A stretch of DNA of 64,000 nt. It comes from Sphagnum compactum (Eukaryota). The position numbers were made by a program, and so were the translations under genes. The stretch lies in the NCBI GenBank assembly GCA_965153455.1, contig OZ234493.1:34276213-34340212 (forward strand). Reading direction: 5' to 3'. This document shows positions 12,164 through 24,385 of this stretch, one piece after another (positions within the stretch are counted from its first letter, which is position 1; every line of letters starts with the position of its first letter). The notes beneath the pieces were generated by a model. It was not told the DNA's origin. It saw only the letters and a list, made by a program, of their open reading frames with translations, and did not search any database.

Positions 12164-15100
12164 ATGGCGATCGTCTCCGAGGACGAGCAGCAGCAGGGAA
12201 GTGAGATGATAGTGGAGGAGCCGCAGGAGCAGGAGCAGGAGCAGCAGCAGCAGCAGGAGGGTGGGGAGGTAGAGACTTTCGCCTTCCAGGCTGAGATTAA
12301 TCAGTTGCTCAGTCTCATCATCAACACTTTCTACAGCAACAAAGAGATCTTTCTTCGGGAGATTATCTCGAATGCATCTGATGTAAGTCGCCATTCTTAT
12401 AAGCCCACCTCTTTTGTTTTTCAAAGGCCTCAAGTTACCGACGTAATAAGGAGGAAGGAATTTCCGATTTGTAAGAGAACTTAAATGGAAAGCATTATCG
12501 AGAAGGAACGTAAGTCTCCGTTCCGAAGCCTCTTTGGTTTTTCAAGGCCTCAACGTTACCGACATAACATGGAGGAAGGAATTTCCGATTTGTATACTAG
12601 AGGACGTAAATTGGAAAGCATTAAGGAGAAGGAACGCAGTTCTATGTGACTTTGTCTTTCTGGTTCTTAGAATTGCCCTGGGAAGCTTCTGCCTGTTTAT
12701 TGGCCTGTTAGTTCCTTCCATTTCCTGCTCCATGTATATCAAACAAGAGGTTCTGGTGCTGAATGCTGAATGCATTGTGATATGTCTTGGCAGGCATTAG
12801 ATAAGATTCGGTTTGAAGGCCTAACAGACAAAAGCAAGCTGGAGAGTCAGCCCGAGCTCTTCATTCACATTGTTCCAGATAAAACCAACAACACAATTGC
12901 CATTATTGACTCTGGAATTGGGATGACAAAGGCTGGTACGGCCTTACAAACTTCTCTGTAATGTCATTGAAAGTTGTGGTTTTCATTGCTGCCGACTTTG
13001 ATGACTCTTTTCAGTGGATGCTGGTCTTGCAATCAGTGATACCTTTGTTATGTGTCAGTGCTGAGTTTTGGTGTCGAGTCTCTTATGCCTGTGCTTAATG
13101 TATTATGATGTCTTCCTGTGGTTCAGATTTGGTGAACAATCTTGGAACAATTGCAAGGTCAGGAACCAAGTCGTTCATGGAGGCGCTCTCTGCTGGTGCG
13201 GATATTAGCATGATTGGACAGTTTGGAGTGGGATTCTACTCTGCCTACTTGGTTGCTGACAAAGTTGTTGTGACAACTAAGCATAATGATGATGAGCAGT
13301 ATGTATGGGAGTCTCAGGCTGGAGGCTCCTTCACTGTCCGAAGAGACAATGGTATGAACTATGAATATTCAAATCTCTGTTGCAAGGAAGCATGCAGCGC
13401 CCCTAAAAGCAAGGCTGTAACCAAATGCCACTTTTTCAGTCTGTTTTCTTTGGTCAGGGAGACACTGTGATGGCAGTGCAGGAATGTGTGTTATTTCCCT
13501 GCTTGATATATTTTTCTTATACACTTTGTCAGAACTGTTGTTCTGTAGGGGTTCGAGTAATAGTAGTGATACTCATCTGTAAGAGATGGGGTTGAGGTAA
13601 AAGGTAATAGAGTTCAGTAGGTTGGGTTGTTTTCTGTAACTGACAGTATAATGCAGCTTGCTCCATAAGGCCTGTGAAGGTGTGGATAATTGAAGTGTAT
13701 ACATTCCTGCAGGTGAGGACTTGGGCCGAGGCACAAAGATACTCTTGCACCTCAAAGAAGACCAGCTGGAGTATTTGGAGGAAAGGAAGCTGAAGGATTT
13801 AGTGAAAAAACACTCAGAGTTCATCAGCTACCCTATTTCTCTATGGACTGAGAAGACAACTGAGAAAGAGGTGTCAGATGATGACGAGGAGGATAAAGAG
13901 GAGAAGGATGAAGAGGAAGGCAAAATTGAGGAGATCAAGGAGGATGAAGAGAAGGACAAAGCAAAGAAGACAAAGAAGGTGCTTATATGGTTAAGTGGTT
14001 CCTGGTTATGAGAAAGAAGTCTATGGAAATAATTGCATGATGCAATTGACAAAGGTAATGGAAATATCTCAAGTTCCATGAAGACTTTTGTGTCCATACT
14101 CTTTGTGACATGTTGCTGTTGCCATGTGCAGGTGAAGGAGGTTTCACATGAGTGGGCGCTAATAAACAAGCAGAAGCCTATCTGGATGCGACAACCAGAC
14201 CAGATCACCAAGGAGGAGTATGCTGCATTCTACAAAAGCTTGACTAATGATTGGGAGGAGCATTTGGCTGTAAAGCATTTCTCAGTCGAGGGTCAGGTAA
14301 TGTAACAGTGAGTTGTCTTCATCAGTCATCCACTTCTGGTAGTATGTCAGTCTCTTGGATACACGACATTAAGGGTTCTCACTGGTTCCCCATGGGGTTT
14401 GCAGCTGGAGTTCAAGTCAGTACTGTTTGTGCCTAAGAGGGCTCCCTTTGACATGTTTGATGGGCGCAAGAAGCAAAACAATATTAAGCTGTATGTGCGT
14501 CGCGTATTTATAATGGACAACTGTGAGGAGATTATCCCTGAGTATTTGGGTTTTGTGAAGGGCATTGTGGATTCTGAGGATCTTCCCTTGAACATCTCAC
14601 GAGAAATGCTTCAGCAGAACAAGATTCTGAAGGTTTATTTCACTAAACATTGGTGTTCTATTTGTGTGTACAACACATTGAACAGTCTTAGGAGTTGTAT
14701 AGATTGTCCTACAATGTCCAAGCAGTATGGTTGTGTATGTCAAATTACTTGAGCATGCCTCTGGCATCTGCACCATTGTACCTTAACTGCAGATCCTTGT
14801 ATGCCCCATCTTGGCAGGGGAGGATACACATAGATTTTTGACAGTGACTCTCCATTGCAGGTTATCCGAAAGAATATTGTGAAGAAGTGTCTAGAGTTGT
14901 TCAATGAGATTGCAGAGAACAAGGAAGATTATGGAAAATTTTATGAGGCCTTTGGGAAGAACTTAAAACTTGGCATCCATGAGGATTCCCAGAATCGTGC
15001 AAAACTTGCTGGTACTTTCTTCCACTTAGTTCTGTAGTTGTGCTTATTCATTCAATTGTCAACAGTTTAGGATGAAGGTAAGTGGTTGTGATTGTTTGGT

Positions 15101-16656
15101 GTGTTGATGGTGGGCAGTTGTTTGTTTCTTTTCAAAACTCATGAGGGTTCATTGTTTGTCATTTTCAGATTTGCTGAGGTATCAATCAACCAAGTCAGGA
15201 GAAGAGATGACTTCCCTGAAGGACTATGTGACCCGCATGAAAGATGGACAAAAAGACATTTACTACATCACTGGAGAGTCTCGGAAGGCAGTTGAGAACT
15301 CTCCATTCTTGGAGAAGCTGAAGAAGCGGGGTCTTGAAGTCCTCTTCATGGTTGATCCCATTGATGAGTATGCAGGTAGGGATAGCTGCAAGAGGTATTG
15401 GGTCTCTTATGTTTCCTTTCTTTCATGATTTGAATCCTATGTTTTGGGGACTAGGCTTCAGAGCAGCATGAGTATTTATGAAGGAAATTTTTTGGGGAAC
15501 CTTCTGGGGGTTCTGCAGAGACTGCAAGGTCTTTGTGGGAAGTTTGGTACAGTTGTATGTGTTCTACCACAATCTTACATATGGAGACAATCTTAAGCTC
15601 ATCTGTGCTGGTGCAGTCCAACAATTGAAGGAGTATGATGGCAAAAAGTTAGTATCTGCAACGAAAGAGGGTTTGAAATTGGATGAGACAGAGGAGGAGA
15701 AAAAGAAGAAAGAGGAGACAAAAGCTCAGTTTGAGCCTCTTTGCAAAGTTATCAAGGTGCGGAGAGACTGCCAATTTGTATGTCCATGACAGTGTTTGCT
15801 GACAAATGCATGTTCTGGAATTTTTATGGTTTGTGGATGTTTTCAGAAAGTTAATGCTGACTTTTATGAACAGGAAATTCTTGGGGACAAAGTGGAGAAG
15901 GTCCAAGTCTCTGACCGTATTGTGGATTCACCCTGTGTCTTGGTGACGGGCGAGTAAGTCTCAGTCCCTGGTCTCTGTTTGATTAAGGCCTCTTCTTTGC
16001 TAGAATTCTTGATAACTGAAGAAGCTGTCAAATGGATTTAAAGATTTGTAATGCGTCGTATGTAAACTTCTGGATTAATGTAATGTAGATATGGTTGGAG
16101 TGCAAACATGGAGCGAATTATGAAGGCACAAGCACTCCGAGATACTAGTATGGGCAGCTACATGAGCAGCAAGAAGACTCTTGAGATCAATCCGGAGAAC
16201 TCTGTCATGATTGAGTTGCGCAAACGTGTAGATGTCGACAAGTCTGACAAAACGGTCAAGGATCTTGTCTTGTTACTGTTTGAAACGGGTATGTACTGAG
16301 CAAATCATGGCTGCTAAATCTTTTACATCTAGTTGTTTCATCCATTTACCTTGGGAGCCTGCTCAATGCAGCAGGCAAATGTGCTAGTTTAAGTGGAGAA
16401 ATGTGTTGTTATTCTGGTGTTTGGTTACTCTCCTTTGCTACATGATCTGATAAATTCTTTTTACTTCTATACTGCAGCAATGTTGACATCTGGATTTAGC
16501 CTTGATGATCCCAACACCTTTGGCACTCGAATTCACCGGATGATTAAGCTGGGTCTCAGTATTGATGAAGATCCGACTGCTGCTGACGAAGAAGCTGATA
16601 TGCCCACCCTAGAAGACGAGGTAGATGAAGGTAGCCGCATGGAGGAGGTGGATTAA
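12164..16656 (+). CDS. HSP90: Cytosolic heat shock protein 90, 12 exons, ~733 aa
   Basis: Exons 12164-12382, 12794-12935, 13127-13351, 13713-13978, 14132-14296, 14405-14632, 14861-15011, 15169-15375, 15617-15756, 15874-15953, 16089-16288 and 16478-16656 (all GT-AG, 2202 nt in frame). Signatures [80 protein letters not shown] and the cytosolic C-terminal MEEVD. Confidence 0.98.
12412..12642. repeat. Diverged tandem duplication (~120 bp x2) in HSP90 intron 1
   Basis: TTTTCAA(A)GGCCTCAA(C)GTTACCGAC..GGAGGAAGGAATTTCCGATTTGTA..TGGAAAGCATTA..GAGAAGGAACG occurs at ~12412-12512 and ~12533-12637. Confidence 0.85.
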
Positions 16657-17384
16657 TTTTGGCAGGCAGAAACGATGGTGGCAGATGTATCAAGTCTTGG
16701 TTCCTCGACCGAGTGCGTCAATTTACAAGTGGGTTTTTGACCTCCAGAAAGGACTAAAAAGGTGGTGCTGTAGTTGCAATCTGGATATATGTCTAAAATG
16801 AGGTAAAAAAGCTTTTTCCATCAGAGACTGTTATCATATGCACACTATAGTAGTAGTGACCAGTAAATGATGTAATCTCTCCTTTAATGCAAATATGTTT
16901 GTCTAAATATCTCCTTTAATACAAATACATGTGAGAGCAATCTATGTAGCCTACTTCATTGCTATGTGGTGTTTCCTCATTGGCAGTGGAACACTATTGG
17001 AGGGATTTACCCTAAACTGGTGCAATTTTTGAGGTTTCTTGTTTCACGACAGTGTGTCCGGGGACCCATGTACATCCAGTGATCTGGTGTATGTTCTGAA
17101 CCCTACTCAAAATGGGAACTCAGAATAGCTCCAGAAGAAGTGCCAATTCCCATTGATTCAAACAACGGGCTATTTTTTATGTGAACCAATTGATACACTG
17201 GGGCTTCAAAACTGTGCATTTCAAAGAAATCCACTAGTTAATTCTGTGATGATAATAATGTTTTTTTTTTCACAGCATGAGGTTCCAAGAACTCAGAAAT
17301 TTCATGCAAGTGAGGATGCTTGTATGAAATACACAATGAGTTGACAAGGTCCTGTTGTTTGATTGTTTGATACTCACAAATGTT

Positions 17385-17507
17385 GACAGAAGAAGAAGAA
17401 GAAGACTCAAGACGTGAGTGCATCCCAAATCAAGAGACTGATTTACTGACAGAAGAAGAAGAAGAAGACCCAAGACCTGAGTGCGTCCCAAATCAAGAGA
17501 CTGATTT
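17385..17507. repeat. Tandem duplication (~63 bp x2) between the convergent HSP90 and rhomboid 3' ends
   Basis: GACAG(AAG)nAC(T/C)CAAGAC(G/C)TGAGTGC(A/G)TCCCAAATCAAGAGACTGATTT is present twice. Confidence 0.9.
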
Positions 17508-17869
17508 CCAAACGCAAACAAATCGGTTCCTCTAGGAAAACCCCCCAAAAAAATACTAGCACAGAGATACAAATTTGTCCTCTCCTCCTCCTGTCTTGAT
17601 TCATCTTTTTGATATTTTTGTTGCAGGAGTTGTTGCTCTACTGTTGTTAGCTTACTACTCCTCCCTGTGCAGCATGCATGCATGCATGCATTCATGCAAT
17701 GCAAGCAAGAAAGCAAGCAAACAAGAGAGTACCCCACACCCTCAATTCTGGTTTGCACAATTAGCTGACTGAAGATGATCTGCAGAATTTGCTTCTGTGG
17801 AAAAGATGGATGGATCTCTGTAACCAAAAAAAATGGTTCTCTGTTTTAGCTTTTATGATGGCTACCTAG

Positions 17870-19031
17870 TTAACACTGCCATTTGCTGGTAGGAACACAG
17901 TTGAGGTAATGGCACCAGGAGCAGTTCTTGCTGGCATTGATTCCCGTGAAGAGAGTGGCACAAGCTGCTGCATACAAACCAACTAGCAGAATCACAGATG
18001 CAACCATGCAAACAATCTGGTACACTTTGTACTTTCTGTTGATGATCATGGCCACAACGTCTGCATGATCAACAACAGTTCCAGCTCCTCCTCCTCCGCC
18101 TCCTAAGTATGGAAGCAGCTGATGATGATGATGATCTGAACCACCAGCCTTGTCGTTATTCTTCTTCTTCTTCTTGTACCCCTTGTGCACGCGCATGAGA
18201 ACCGCAAACCCCAACAGGAATCCAGCTAAGAACCCACCACTGTGTGCGAAATTGTCGACGAATGGCATCAAACCTAACGCGAGATTGATGAACAGAAGCA
18301 AGAGCAGTGTGACCAACGACGCGCACTTGCTGCTGTTCTCATGGTGAGACCAGTTTGTGAGAAGCTCGGCAAGAGTTGCACCTAATAACCCAAAGAGTGC
18401 ACCTGATGCACCCACCGAGACTTGATCCTCCTCCAGGAACAGCGCAGAAAGCAAACTGCCTCCGATTCCTGACAAGAGATAAATGAGTCCGATCCTCAGA
18501 GCTCCGAACTCCATCTCCATGCGAATACCCACGAGGAGAAGAGCGAGGATGTGAGCAAGTAAGTGGAAGAGACCTGCGTGCAACCAGATGCAAGTCACGA
18601 GACGCCATGCCTGGTGATGGTGTGGTTGTTGTTGCGAGATGACTAAACTTCGCTGCAACCCGCCCATCTTGTCACGGAGCGTCACGGCAGATGGACCCAG
18701 CAGCGGATTCTCGTGCCAGGGTTGGAAGGAGAATCTGTGCAACCACGGGAGGATGCAAGACTTCTTCTGGAGCTGCTGCTCAGCGCTTTGTACTGGGCAA
18801 TTGTTGTAGTACATGGTGACGATGAAGACAGCGATGTTGGCAATTATGAGAATGGAGACGAGGAAAGGAATGTGTTTCCTCCGACGACTCCGCTTTTGTT
18901 CTGAGCTTGCTGCTGGCTGTAGCGGACTCATCGTGTGAGGCGGTGATGGTTCGAAGTTGTATTGCCCGTGTGCATTCTTCCTGCCCTTGAATGGCGAGCT
19001 GCCGCCATCACGCGGGCTCAGATCCACTGGC

Positions 19032-19033
<2 letters not shown>
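17870..19033 (-). CDS. RBL: Rhomboid-like intramembrane serine protease (secretase type, RBL1-7-like), intronless CDS, ~387 aa
   Basis: Single ORF from ATG 19033 (MPVDLSPR). Motifs: NIAVFIVTMYYNNCP, RFSFQPWHENPLLGPS, WRLVTCIWLHAG, catalytic SVGASGALFGLLG, VDNFAHSGGF (catalytic His) and C-terminal CSWCHYLNCVPTSKWQC. Confidence 0.93.
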
Positions 19034-19062
<29 letters not shown>

Positions 19063-19171
19063 GGGGTGTGTGGGTGGGTGTTCTCTTCTTCTTCCAGAAT
19101 TCGACTATTGCACTAGACTTGAAACAGCTCCTTGATCCATGTGAGGCCGGAGATGAGCACACAACCCCACC

Positions 19172-19210
<39 letters not shown>

Positions 19211-19379
19211 ATCTGCTGTCAAACCGCCAAAACTCCACCATTCAAAAAACACGTCTCCAACAACCTCCTTCACCTCTACAATCCCAACTTCCACAACAAC
19301 ACCACCAGTTGCAGCAACAACAACTACAAGTTAGTAGATTGATCTGATCCTGCAGAGCACCAAAAGGGCCAGAACAAAA

Positions 19380-19730
19380 GAATCCAGCTGGGGTGGGAGG
19401 CGGACCAAAAACCCAAAACCAAAACCAAAGATCCTTTGGTAACAACAACAGGAGCTGGACAATCAGCTGTGCCAGGGGAGCAAAAAACCAGAACCAAAAC
19501 TAAACCTTTGACAACAACTCGGAGAGCTGGAGGATCAGCTGTGTACTAGAGGAGCAAAAACCAAAACCAAAACCAAAACCAAACCAAACCAAACCTCTGG
19601 GAACAACTCCAAGAGCTGGAGGAATCAGCTGTACTAGGGGAGCAAAAACCAGAACCGAAACCAGACCTTTTGGCAACAAGCTGAAGAGCTGAAGAAGGAT
19701 CAGCAGCAGCTGTTACTAGAGCAGCAAGAA
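19380..19730. repeat. Tandem array of ~70-bp units (4 full plus a partial) upstream of the rhomboid ATG
   Basis: Unit (AAAACC)n-CCTTTGG-ACAAC-GAGCTG-N6-CAGCTG-TACTAG-GAGC, with units starting at about 19408, 19483, 19556 and 19644. Confidence 0.9.
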
Positions 19731-19794
19731 GATGAAAATTTTAAGCTCCAAATTTTCAACCACACAAGCCCTTCTCAAAAACAAGTTAAAGTAT

Positions 19795-19832
<38 letters not shown>

Positions 19833-20514
19833 TAGCTTCATTTCTTTCTGCCATGGAAAGCTTCATTTCATTCCTAGAGCAGTCTCACCAGTGCAGCACC
19901 AACTAACAACAACAACAACAATAATGAAGCTCTTCCCCCTTCCATGACAGAAATAGGAAGTTTTTGACACCCAGTTTTTTTCTAAACTCAGTGTGAGTGA
20001 AAATGGGTTTGAAAATAAAAGTTCCATTTTTGTGATGCTCTTCTCTTTAGCCTACTTGTTTGCTGTTATTACCCCATTTCAGTCTAAATAAATATATGGT
20101 ACCACCACCCAATGCCCCATGTTTCCATTGTTTGGAAATATATTTTTACAGACAGGCTACTTATTACTACCTTGACAACTTCAAAACTAATTAATTATAT
20201 TGTTTTCAGAAATGTTGAAAAAGTTTCAGAAAAAAACAGAAAGAAAAAAAATAAAAAAGATTTTTTTTTTCATAACAAATATTCTGTGAAGGAAAATATT
20301 TTTAAAATCTTCAAGAATATTCTATTTGTTTGGAAATGAAATTTTCAAAATTAATTAATTATTTATTTATTTTCAACAAATATGTGTTGAAGCCTAGGTA
20401 CTATGATGGTCTCAAACTTTTATGATCTTCTTTCTTTTCTTCTTTGTTGTCCCTGTTCTTTCAGAGGGACAAGGGATATAGGCCTTAGGTGAACCAAAAA
20501 TCTACACTTGCACC

Positions 20515-20680
20515 ATGGTCAAAATCTCAAATTATTTTGGGTTTGCTTCTAAACATTATACTATTAATTATGGTCAAAATCTCAAATTATTTTGGGTTTG
20601 CTCCTAAACATTATACTATTAATTATGGTCAAAATCTCAAATTATTTTGGGTTTGCTTCTAAACATTATACTATTAATTA
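20515..20680. repeat. Near-perfect 55-bp tandem repeat x3
   Basis: ATGGTCAAAATCTCAAATTATTTTGGGTTTGCT(T/C)CTAAACATTATACTATTAATT starts at 20515, 20570 and 20625. Confidence 0.97.
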
Positions 20681-23600
20681 TCTACATTATTTTGATTATT
20701 TGGGGGTCCTCATACTAAATTAGGTTCTTTGAGTTCAAATCTTAACATTATAAAGTTTGCCACCAAGAGTTCCATATTGCCACCCAAGAAGGTGAAGGTT
20801 ACCCCGAGGTGTTGTTGTTTCACCTTGGTTGAGATTTAGTAGAATTGTAAGATTTGGAGCAATGCATAATATACTTAATTTGTTGGTGAATACCTTATGA
20901 CAAAGAGTGAAAAAAAATTTCAACCCTGAGAGAATTTGTTAGAAATGACCTTGGTACTTGTGTTTATTATTTCAAACATATAATGACTAGTTTTTAGGCT
21001 TTAGCAATCTTCTTAGAGATATTGATATTTTGGGTTCAAGTTAAAGATTGCTTTTTCTATAATAAATTTTCAAATGAAACAATCAATTTTATGACACAAT
21101 TGAACCAAGAATCATTCACAAGAAGATTTAGCCAATTCTAGCCATAAATGAGATATGAAAATTGTGTACTTAAGTGTCCTTCTATATTCTATATTGTTGG
21201 CTACCTATTGAAACTACTCTTAAAAAAACCTAGTGAATTTTTTTTATTTTGAAAAAGTAATTATGAAAATTTGAATATTTAAAACAAATGTAAAATCCTA
21301 CCGTATAGGTAAAAATTTGGCCAAACTTTTCCCCCAAAAAAACCACTAACTAGGGATACAAATCACATTTTGGAACTTAAAATTTTTTTCACTTTCATTT
21401 TTTGTGTTAGACTATCCAAGATGGAAGAGAATTTGCATAGATGCAATATTTGAATTACAATTTGGCTTGAATTTAGGAATCAATTTGTGGTTGATAACTT
21501 AAGACATTAGATAGTTAAATTTTTTTGGTAATTGCTTAACCATATTACATGGTGTTCTAATATCTCATGATTTGAATGTTCCATAAAATGCAAAGGTCCT
21601 TACATCATGATAATATCCTTAAATTGCACTACTTGTATTTGTTTTCTCCAAAACAACACACACACACACACATAAACAAAAAGCCATAGTTTTGTTTTTT
21701 GTTTTTTTTTAAATGATCAAATCCTAAGGGAACTGTTGAAGATTTCATTCATATACCTATCTCATTTCCTACAAAGACGAAGGCGAAGTTGCTGACATTT
21801 TGATGAAATGTCTGGAATAATTCCTTGATGAATAATATTTTGATTTTATGAATTTAATGTTGCTAAGATTTTTCACTTGTTTTACACATTGTTCAACCAT
21901 GCAAAACAACCAACAAATCGTTGTGGACATGGTCCAAAGTTGTAATCAACAATTTTGCATAAGGATTGAATGAAAAAGAATTCTTGGGCTTGTTTCCATT
22001 ATTTTGTTCATATTATAATATGATTTTGGAATCAAATATTTGAATAGTTGAAATTGATTACATACTAATGCCAATGTAAGTAGAGTTGTGAAAGAATTGT
22101 AAATGATGTTGGCCTTATTAAGTTCATGAATGAGTTACTAACCTAATTATTTCATACAAATTTTTAAATTAACTTGTTCAAAGGTGTTGCAAGGATTGTT
22201 GTGAACTCCATTCACAACATTTAGAATGATTATTATCTTCAAGAAGTAGGTAATCACATGTTATATGAATTTTGGACATGTTCACATCAGGAAATGTCAT
22301 AGATTGTCAATTTAAGCTAAAATTTTCCCTTTCACATTATCATAATAAAAAAAATCATTTTTGTGAGAGCACATCATTATTTATTGTCAAGTTAAACTTG
22401 TCATATCACCATTTGTGCATTAAAAAATCATCCCTATTTATTGTTTTTTCATATGGTCGAGGGCTAACTATCCTTCTTTTGGCCATTGATCCAATTTAAA
22501 TGTTCCTTAAAAGTCCATGAGTTCACACAACCTTATAGGACCAATACTTTCAACTTCAAGAACATTTGTTTAAAAGTGGGTTATTAGTGATAACAATAAA
22601 ATCATCACATTGTGAATTTCAAAAAAAGATGAGTCCTTCTTAATAGAACCAACTTATTACAATGTAATGTAAAAGTATTGCCAAGATGTATCAATAAATT
22701 TGTATTAAACTAAGTTTCAAGCCTTTTGTTCATTTGATAAAATAAGAAATCCTCAACAATAGATTTATTATTCAAAACACAAACAATCAGCATGTAATAA
22801 ATTCATGACAAAAAAGTGAAGTAAAATAGTTCAAGATTCAAAGCAAATGTTTGTCCAAATAAAATGCATCCCAAGAAATTTCCAATATCTTAGTTTGCAA
22901 GAAATAATTACATTCAATTTCACATGGTATGAAATATTTCATGCATTGTCCACTTGGGTGAAGGTTACATTAATGTCCAAAAGGTTTCATATTTGTATTT
23001 TCAATATGCACATTGCATTCAACCTTTGAGAAGGGGTTGAAGATTGGTTGAATTACTCAAGGTAAGGAAAATAAATAATTCAAAATTTGATCCAAATTAA
23101 AGATTTTATTTTTTTTGGGGATATATCTCAAGGAAGGATGGAATATGTGTGTACAAAATGTTTCATTTATTAGGCCATGCATTTGGGTAAAAGCACACTA
23201 CATTATCCATAAAATGTTGTCACAAGGTAATTTTTGCAAGATTTTGGAATTTATAATTGGTCATGTGATTAAATATAATTGATTAAAATGAATTCAACAC
23301 TACAATGTTATATATATTATAATCACATTATATGAATTTCATGGATAGTTTTTGAATAATCATAACATAATGAACTTTCAAAAGAATACCTAAACACTTA
23401 TAACAATCCATTATCAATGAATATGGATTTCATGCACCTTCATATAATGTTTTTAAATGAATAAAGGACTCAATGGTGATATGATGTAATAACATTGATA
23501 CGAAAGAGGATTTTTTTAGAAGGATTTTGATAATCAAAATTTTTTATGTACTTTGAATTATGGTTTTTTTTATTACGTCCTTTATTTAACAAAAATAATA

Positions 23601-24019
23601 GTTTAGAAGCTCATATTTCAAATTTAAGTTCTCCATTAGGTAGACTAGGGTTGAAATATTTTTTATAAATTTCTAATGATAACTTGTTAAATGACTTATG
23701 TGATTCAAGGTATCATGTTTTCACACTATTTTCGCAGTGTTAATTTAAGCAATTATTGACTTCCACATGTGCCTAAAAATGTTACACCTTAGTGTGCTTT
23801 CACCCATTCATGAAAGGTTTACACATTTCCAGTGTGTCTCCTATGCATCATTTATGATTTGGATCTCCATTTATTTTAGACACAAATAGTTTGCCTCATA
23901 TGCATCATTTATGATTTGGAATTTATAGATATATTTTTTAAGTTCAAGCACCCCAAATCTTAAATTCTATGTTAAATTGTCACTCACTTAAACCAACTTT
24001 TAAGGATTCGACACCATGC

Positions 24020-24385
24020 TCAACTTGGCAACAGACCTCCAGTCACTTAAAATATTGTTTCTATCACATACGTTATCCAAATATATCTTGCCTTAGTTCA
24101 TTAGAAAACTAACTATAAGATGCATCTCCCTACCAAATTCCAAGCTCTGCACCTAAATCAGTAAAACGTTGTGCTACCAAACCCAAAAGGGTTCACAAAA
24201 GTAGGAAGTTCAACTTGGCAGCAAACCTTTGATCACTTAAAATATTATTCCTATCACATACGTTATTCAAATATAGTTTGCCTTAGTTCATTGGAAAACT
24301 AACTACAAGACGCATGTACCTATCAAATTCCAAGATCTGCACCCAAATTAGTAAAAAGTTGTGCTACAAAACCCGAGAGGTCTCA
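24020..24385. repeat. Diverged direct repeat with a 190-bp period (2 copies)
   Basis: CAACTTGGCA..CACTTAAAATATT..CTATCACATACGTTAT.CAAATATA..TTGCCTTAGTTCATT.GAAAACTAACTA.AAGA..CAAATTCCAAG..GTGCTAC starts at 24021 and 24211. Confidence 0.9.

Noticed and set aside
19034-19294. N-terminal 87 aa of the 474-aa rhomboid ORF in the track
   Set aside because: It starts at a non-ATG codon and runs through (GA)n and (ATC)n microsatellites; the first in-frame ATG is at 19033.
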